Source of the DNA: an uncultured Pseudomonadota bacterium
Lineage (GTDB): Bacteria > Oederibacteriota > Muellerivitia > Muellerivitales > Muellerivitaceae
Length of the DNA stretch: 42,038 nt
Direction of reading: 5' to 3'
Assembly (NCBI GenBank): GCA_963843375.1
Contig: CAWJKT010000016.1
Location: 1-42,038 of the forward strand
This document shows, piece after piece, positions 36,342 to 42,038 of the stretch (positions within the stretch are counted from its first letter, which is position 1; each line of letters begins with the position of its first letter). Position numbers and translations under genes: made by a program. The notes beneath the pieces are model-generated. The model searched no databases. It saw only the letters and a list, made by a program, of their open reading frames with translations, and was not told the DNA's origin.

Positions 36342-38404
36342 CCACCGAACCCGGGCTCTTGGAATCCGTCTTCCGATTGGATCAAATGCTTTCCGCAATT
36401 GCCGAACAGGCCAAAACCGTTAGCTTGGAAAAACCCGATAATCTCCTGGAGCTTTGCGGTGAGTTTGAACAATGGACCGACAAGGCCATGCTTCATTTTG
36501 GTCCCGGGATCGCCACCCTGGCACGCCAGTCCAAGCAGTTGGTCAAGGGCCTTCAGGCGGGGCGGCCGCCGCTCCAGGGTTTAGAAAAATTGTTACAGGG
36601 AATTTTGGAAGCCAGCGATCTACTAGCCCATTTCCAATCGTCCCAGGACCCCAAATCCAAAACGGAAACAGGAAGGGAAGTCTATTTTTTTAGCCCGGAG
36701 AAACCCGAATCCGCCGGTTCCACGGGAGAAATCTTTCTCAAGATAAAGGAAGAGGATCTGGAAGGTTTTCAGGATTTTCTCCGGGAAGTCCCCGACCATC
36801 TTTCCGCCATTGAATCCAGCCTTTTGAGTTTGAGCCGGCAAGGCGACTGGAATGTCATGAAAATTTACCGGCCCTTCCATACCTTAAAGAGTCTTTTTGG
36901 TTATCTGGGATTCACGGCCATGGCCGAAGCGGCCCACCTGGCCGAGGCTCTGCTGGAACCCTATAAAACCGGTCAAGGCCGCCCCAACGAAGCCCAAAGG
37001 GAAACCCTTTTGAAATTATTGGATCTCTTCGTGCGTCAGGCGCACTTGATTTCAAAGGGTTTCGAAAAAAGGCAGGTGGAACTCTGCCGGATTCCGGATT
37101 TCTTGAAAAATTCACCGGAACCTTTTCCCCATGGTCACCGGAACGCCCAGTCGGTAAGTTCAACCGCGATGAATAAGAACGTCCCGGAAAGTCCCGTCAC
37201 CGGCGAGGAAATCCAGGAACAATTCATCCGCGTCAACGTCAGCAAGATGGACGGTTTGTTGGAAGTCATGGAAGAATTGGCCATCGGCCAAAACCAGTTG
37301 TCGGTTATAGCGCAGGAAAGCTCTTCCCCCTCTTTGCGGGAAGCCGTGGAAAGGTTGGGAAAGTTTTCCCGTGTTCTCCAGGATCAGATTCTGTCGATGC
37401 GCATGGTCCCGGTGGAACCCCTCTTTCAGCGTGTTTCCCGCTTGGTGCGTGAACTTTCAAAAAAAACCGGCAAGGCCGTTGAACTTCAGACCGAAGGAGC
37501 GAATACCGAATTAGACAAGCGTCTGGTGGATGAATTGTGGGAACCAGTCGTACATTTGGTTCGCAACGCGATGGACCACGGCTTGGAATCTCCTGAAGAA
37601 AGGGCATGGGCCGGGAAAAGCGCCCATGGGACCTTGATCGTGAAGGCAGGGCACCGGGGCGGGGATTTTGTTTTAGAAATTACCGACGATGGACGGGGCT
37701 TGAACCTCCAAAAGATCGCCGAAAAAGCCGGCCGATTGGGATGGCTGCCACCGTCCGGAATTTCCAACTCCTATTGGCTGGAGGAATTGGTTTTTAGTCC
37801 GGGTTTTTCCACGTCTGAGAAGGTCACCGAAATCTCGGGCCGAGGAGTGGGATTGGACGTAGTGAAGCGCCGAATCCAAAGCCTAAAGGGCCTCATCCAC
37901 CTGGAAAACCACGAAGGCAAAGGATGCCATTTCACCTTGCGCATACCCTTAACGCTGGCTCTGATGGAAGGGGTGCTTCTTCGCGCCGGACAGGGGCTTT
38001 ACCTTTTGCCACTCACCCAAGTAGGCCGCTTTTGGAACATGGTAGGCATCCAAGCCCTGGAAGCCGGGGACGTCTCCCCTAACGAAGAGGGGGACCAAGC
38101 CCATGTCCTTGCGAAAAAATTCCCCCTTCGTCGCATCGACCTGGCGGAAAAATTTGGCGAACGACCCGATCCTTCCCGTCAGCCCGTGGGCATCCAAGTC
38201 GGCCTGGAGGAAAACCAGGCCTTCCTTTTGGCGGATGAGATCCTGGGCAAAAAACAGGTGATCCTCAAGGGCCTCTCGGGCGTGATGGAAGGGTTTCCAT
38301 CGGTCAACGGTGCTGCCCTCTTGGAGGATGGGCGTATCAGCCTGGTTCTGGATATCCCTTCCCTGCTCCTGGAAACCACGGTTTCCCCCGGAGGTGTGTT
38401 TTGA
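36338..38404 (+). CDS. cheA: Chemotaxis histidine kinase CheA
   Basis: HPt YRPFHTLKS, dimerisation IRVNVSKMD, HLVRNAMDHG, DDGRG, GFST, GRGVGLDVV, C-terminal CheW domain. Confidence 0.95.
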   Translation: MTTEPGLLESVFRLDQMLSAIAEQAKTVSLEKPDNLLELCGEFEQWTDKAMLHFGPGIATLARQSKQLVKGLQAGRPPLQGLEKLLQGILEASDLLAHFQSSQDPKSKTETGREVYFFSPEKPESAGSTGEIFLKIKEEDLEGFQDFLREVPDHLSAIESSLLSLSRQGDWNVMKIYRPFHTLKSLFGYLGFTAMAEAAHLAEALLEPYKTGQGRPNEAQRETLLKLLDLFVRQAHLISKGFEKRQVELCRIPDFLKNSPEPFPHGHRNAQSVSSTAMNKNVPESPVTGEEIQEQFIRVNVSKMDGLLEVMEELAIGQNQLSVIAQESSSPSLREAVERLGKFSRVLQDQILSMRMVPVEPLFQRVSRLVRELSKKTGKAVELQTEGANTELDKRLVDELWEPVVHLVRNAMDHGLESPEERAWAGKSAHGTLIVKAGHRGGDFVLEITDDGRGLNLQKIAEKAGRLGWLPPSGISNSYWLEELVFSPGFSTSEKVTEISGRGVGLDVVKRRIQSLKGLIHLENHEGKGCHFTLRIPLTLALMEGVLLRAGQGLYLLPLTQVGRFWNMVGIQALEAGDVSPNEEGDQAHVLAKKFPLRRIDLAEKFGERPDPSRQPVGIQVGLEENQAFLLADEILGKKQVILKGLSGVMEGFPSVNGAALLEDGRISLVLDIPSLLLETTVSPGGVF

Positions 38405-38913
38405 ATGAGGAAGCCCTCTTGGAGATCGCCTTTCCCGGCACCTATTTCGTCTTCCAAATGAGAGATAAATTATTCGGTTTCGAAGCACGCTGTCTTTGGG
38501 AAATTTCCACTACCGTGGCCCTTTCACCCCTTCCCCTTTCCTCAGTTCGTTTGACCGGTATGACGCACCTGCACGGGAAGATTATTCCCGTAGTGGACCT
38601 TTGCTCGCTCCTGGAACTGCCCTTCCTGGAGCCGCGCCTGGCGCGCGGTTTCGTTGCCGTGAAACCGCCCGGCTGGAACGCTCCGGCCGGTTTTTACGCC
38701 GGAAACATTTTGGGATTCGAAAAATTCACGGATGCGGAAATCGAGGCTTCGCCTGAAGGCGCCCTCCCTTTCCTCAGGAGAAGAACCGGCTCCCCCGAAA
38801 GACCCGTTGAACTTTTGGATATGGGCCGGCTTTTTGCAGGGGTCCAGCAAAATCTGCTGGCGGGCGTCCTTCGGGACACCACTTTTAACTTTAAAGGAGC
38901 AAATCATGTTTGA
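38401..38913 (+). CDS. cheW: CheW-family coupling protein
   Basis: [25 protein letters not shown] pattern, located between cheA and the MCP. Confidence 0.85.
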   Translation: MNEEALLEIAFPGTYFVFQMRDKLFGFEARCLWEISTTVALSPLPLSSVRLTGMTHLHGKIIPVVDLCSLLELPFLEPRLARGFVAVKPPGWNAPAGFYAGNILGFEKFTDAEIEASPEGALPFLRRRTGSPERPVELLDMGRLFAGVQQNLLAGVLRDTTFNFKGANHV

Positions 38914-40483
38914 AAACTTGAGCCTTCGAACCCGACTGCTGGTTAGCGTGGCCATCCTGGGCGTGGCCCTGGTGGGCACCACTGTGGTGGGCCTGCTTTT
39001 GGCCTGGCAGATGTCGGACAGCCTGAATAAAATCTACAATTCCAGCGCCCCGCTAAACAACCTGAAAAAAGTTTCCGACGCTTACGTGGTTGGAATTGTC
39101 TCCGCTATCCAAAAGACGAGGAACGGGGATAGCTGGGAGTCAGGCCGCCAGACCCTGGAAGATTCCCTGAAGATCAGCGACGAAAATTGGAAAGCCTACC
39201 TGACCTTTCCCGACATGAGCCCGGAAGAAAAGACCCTGGTGATGGTGGTTAGCGCCACGATGAAGGACAACAATTACTTCATGATGCAGTTGCGCGAAGC
39301 CTTCGAAACAAAGAACAGCAAGGTTCTGGATATCCTGGCCCAAAGCAATCTCTACCCCGTCATCGATCCCATCACGGACGAGATCAACAAGTTGGAGGAT
39401 CTGAAATGGAAAACCTCCAAAACCCTCGTGGAACAGGCCGAAAGAAATTACCACTGGGCCTTTTTAGGAATGGTGGCGGCAGCCATTCTGAGCCTTTTAT
39501 TGGGCGTGGGTATCAGCGTGATGGTGGCCTTGAGAGTGTCGAGGAAGTTCCATTCCATCGTCGGTAGCCTGGACGCCAGCGCCAACCAGGTTTCTTCGGT
39601 TTCCACCAAGGTGTCCGCCGCCTCCTCCCAATTGGCTTCGGGCGCCGCGGACTCGGCCAGCAACCTGACCCAGACTAGCAGCGCTCTGCAGGAGATGTCC
39701 AACGTGACTAGGAAGAACGCCGAAAGTGCCACCAACGCCAGCCACCTGATGGACATCAGCCAAACCACCATGATCAAGAGTAGCCGTTCTATGGAAAATA
39801 CACTGGGTGCCATGAAATCAATCAACCAGAGCGCAGACAAGGTTTCGCGCATCGTGAAAACCATCGAGGAGATCGCCTTCCAAACCAATATCCTTTCCCT
39901 GAATGCCTCGGTGGAGGCGGCCCGTGCGGGCGAACACGGAAAGGGCTTTGCGATCGTTGCCGAGGAAGTACGGAATCTGGCCCAGCGCACAACCCAAGCG
40001 GCCAAGGAAACCTCCCTCTTGATAGAGGAAAACGCCCAGCAGGCCCAGAGCGGCATGGAAGTGACCCAAGAGACCGGCGAAGCCCTGCGGGAGATGATCG
40101 CCGAAACCCACCGGGTGGCGGAAATTCTAAACCAGATCGAGACTGCCAGCCACCACCAGTCGGAGGGCATTCACGAGATTACGTCGGCCGTCTCCCAGAT
40201 GCAGAACGTCACTCTGAACAACAACATCAACGCCAAGGAAACGGCCGCCGCCAGCGAGGACATGGCCCTCCACGCCGCTTCCCTGCGGCTGGTTGTTAAG
40301 CAATTGGTCACGATTGTGGAAGGAGTGAAAAAAGGGACATCAAATGAAAAAGTCCTTTCGCGGCCAACTGTGGTGAAAAACAGGGCGCCCCAAACGAGGC
40401 CTATGCCAGTTGCCATATCGCCCCTGGTGATAGACCCGCTAATTTCAAAGCCGTTAACCCATGAAAAAGTCAGCTCAAATTAA
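38906..40483 (+). CDS. Methyl-accepting chemotaxis protein with four-helix-bundle sensor
   Basis: AAGGAG RBS, two TMs, [37 protein letters not shown] hairpin tip. Confidence 0.95.
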   Translation: MFENLSLRTRLLVSVAILGVALVGTTVVGLLLAWQMSDSLNKIYNSSAPLNNLKKVSDAYVVGIVSAIQKTRNGDSWESGRQTLEDSLKISDENWKAYLTFPDMSPEEKTLVMVVSATMKDNNYFMMQLREAFETKNSKVLDILAQSNLYPVIDPITDEINKLEDLKWKTSKTLVEQAERNYHWAFLGMVAAAILSLLLGVGISVMVALRVSRKFHSIVGSLDASANQVSSVSTKVSAASSQLASGAADSASNLTQTSSALQEMSNVTRKNAESATNASHLMDISQTTMIKSSRSMENTLGAMKSINQSADKVSRIVKTIEEIAFQTNILSLNASVEAARAGEHGKGFAIVAEEVRNLAQRTTQAAKETSLLIEENAQQAQSGMEVTQETGEALREMIAETHRVAEILNQIETASHHQSEGIHEITSAVSQMQNVTLNNNINAKETAAASEDMALHAASLRLVVKQLVTIVEGVKKGTSNEKVLSRPTVVKNRAPQTRPMPVAISPLVIDPLISKPLTHEKVSSN

Positions 40484-40525
40484 CTTTTTTACGGTATTTA
40501 TTTTTATTTGTTTGAAGGAGGAAAT

Positions 40526-40909
40526 ATGGCAATCAATGTATTAATCGTGGATGATTCTGCCACCATGCGGGGATTCATCAAAAGAACCCTAACCTCCACC
40601 CAATTGTCCTTGGGTGATTTATATGAGGCTTCCAATGGACTGGAAGGTCTGGCCCTGATGGAGGCCCATTGGGTGGACCTGGTCCTGGCCGACTTGAATA
40701 TGCCCGATATGACCGGCGTTGAGATGATCAACCAAATGTCGAAAAACCAGGTCCTGGCCGCCCTGCCGGTAGTTGTGATTAGTTCGGAAGGAGACCAAGC
40801 GGTCCTGGATTCCCTATCACGCAAAGGGGTTCTGGAATTCATCCGCAAACCCTTCCGGACCTCCTTGTTGCAGGAAGTCGTGGAGCGCGTGCTGTCTACT
40901 AGCCCCTAA
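40526..40909 (+). CDS. cheY: Single-domain response regulator (CheY-like)
   Basis: LIVDDS, LADLNMPDMTG, VISS, IRKPF. GGAGG RBS. Confidence 0.85.
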   Translation: MAINVLIVDDSATMRGFIKRTLTSTQLSLGDLYEASNGLEGLALMEAHWVDLVLADLNMPDMTGVEMINQMSKNQVLAALPVVVISSEGDQAVLDSLSRKGVLEFIRKPFRTSLLQEVVERVLSTSP

Positions 40910-40911
40910 TA

Positions 40912-41679
40912 ATGAAAGGAACAACTTTGACCTACTTATCCAATAAAACAAATGTGAGTCTGAAAAAAGTGCTGTTGGTGGATCCCGACAGCCGTACCCG
41001 CAATTGGGTGGCGATCCGGTTGGAATCGATGGACCTCCATGTGGCAGAGGCCCTCAACGCAGAGGAAGCCATGAATATACTGGACTCCCAAGAAATTCAC
41101 TTAGTCGTCACTGACGGGCCCCTAGAAGGCGGCCTCAAGGTCGAGGCTTTTTTCCATAAACTCAACCAGTTCAAGATACCTTTCTTCCTCTTTTCCCAAT
41201 CCCCTCGAGGAGAGGAAAGCACACGGTTCATTCCTCGCCAGAACCGGGACCAGTTGGTTGAACAAGTCGCGGTTTTTTTCGGCTCCAACCATAAAGCCCG
41301 CCACATTCTGATAATCGAGGATTCTCCTACTTTGCGGGGGTTCCTGCGCCGGGCTTTGGAAAAGGGATTTCCAGGAGACGTGATTCGTGAAGCCGAGGAA
41401 GGGCGCCAGGCATTTTCGCTGATGGCCCAGAAGAAAGTGGACCTGATCATCACTGACATGGAGATGCCAGGAATGGACGGCCGGACTTTCCTCAACCATT
41501 TGAATGCCAACCCCATCCTGTCGAAAAAACCAATACTGGTTTTTTCCTCCAATATCACCTCCGAATTGGAGCAATTGGCGGCCAACCTGTCTAACGTAAG
41601 GCTTTTGGCAAAGCCGGCTGACCCCGAGAAGGTCATCGCAGAAGCCTCTGTATTATTGGGTGATCGAACCACCGCCTGA
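40912..41679 (+). CDS. Tandem receiver-domain response regulator (first receiver degenerate)
   Basis: REC1 LLVDPD..VVTDG lacks a clear KP. REC2 IIEDS..ITDMEMPGMDG..FSS..AKP is intact. Confidence 0.85.
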   Translation: MKGTTLTYLSNKTNVSLKKVLLVDPDSRTRNWVAIRLESMDLHVAEALNAEEAMNILDSQEIHLVVTDGPLEGGLKVEAFFHKLNQFKIPFFLFSQSPRGEESTRFIPRQNRDQLVEQVAVFFGSNHKARHILIIEDSPTLRGFLRRALEKGFPGDVIREAEEGRQAFSLMAQKKVDLIITDMEMPGMDGRTFLNHLNANPILSKKPILVFSSNITSELEQLAANLSNVRLLAKPADPEKVIAEASVLLGDRTTA

Positions 41680-41824
41680 GGGGCGGGAGTAAAGAATGGA
41701 TTTAAGTCTCAAACCTCTTACAAACCGAAGAAAGAATTAGGTTTAACAAGACAAAACCCTCATAAATAATCACAGGGCAGAACTCAAAGGTTTTTCTTCT
41801 ACGCCAACGGAGGCGCTTTTAAAC

Positions 41825-42038
41825 CTACTTCACCACCGTTTGCGCGTAACTTTCCGAAATCTCAAAAGCGCCCGTTGCCCCATTGGTAAATATCGTAGTT
41901 AGTGCGACTGGATCTGTTGAAACCGTATAAGTGACCCCGCCCGTTTGAGGATAGGCTGAACTTGGAATTGAGAAGGGAGATTTGGCATCGGTAATTCCCG
42001 CCGTTTGGGTATCGTAAGTCACGCTGCTGGGACCTGAT
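41825..42038 (-). CDS. 3' end of a hypothetical Ser/Thr-rich exported protein, start outside the window
   Basis: Open frame from the right edge to TAG at 41825. Its C-terminus resembles that of 33623..34414. Confidence 0.55.
   Translation of the reverse strand, partial: SGPSSVTYDTQTAGITDAKSPFSIPSSAYPQTGGVTYTVSTDPVALTTIFTNGATGAFEISESYAQTVVK

Noticed and set aside
41802..41820. Intrinsic terminator between the converging genes (CGCC-N6-GGCG-CTTTT)
   Set aside because: Only a 4-bp stem, too weak to call.
1..42038. CRISPR array, tRNA/rRNA, transposase, integrase or prophage genes
   Set aside because: No regularly spaced direct repeats, cloverleaf signatures or mobile-element protein motifs were recognised by eye.

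Overview
Bacterial chromosomal window, probably from a diderm with T9SS-like C-terminal sorting domains. A candidate division FCPU426-like affinity is my unverified guess. Left part (1-15.8 kb, minus strand): pheA-hisC-tyrA-aroA-cmk, then a five-gene block (class III nucleotide cyclase, GT-C-like membrane protein, large six-hairpin glycosidase-like protein, bPH-domain protein, type I-alpha DAHP synthase), then plsC and rpsA. Every gene from rpsA to cmk (1-11.5 kb) is broken by single-base indels that look like sequencing error. Middle (16.5-32 kb): two TolB-like lipoproteins, glyA, and a surface-protein locus. The locus holds four Thr/Pro-stalked exported proteins (metallopeptidase, thioredoxin, beta-propeller, GH16-malectin) around an operon of a stand-alone sorting-domain protein, a PorV/PorQ-like barrel with TPR, an ECF sigma factor and an anti-sigma with a FlgD-Ig/CTD-like domain. 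Main finding: an exact bipartite motif GGAATAA-N15-CACTATA occurs four times, upstream of the ECF gene itself and upstream of the stalked-protein genes. This is a candidate ECF regulon coupled to a T9SS-like export system. Right part (32-42 kb): HPr, PilZ and STAS genes, a lipoprotein, an orphan dnaJ, a chemosensory operon (cheX-cheA-cheW-MCP-cheY-dual receiver) with no cheB/cheR, and a truncated gene at the edge. I recognised no rRNA, tRNA, CRISPR array or mobile element.
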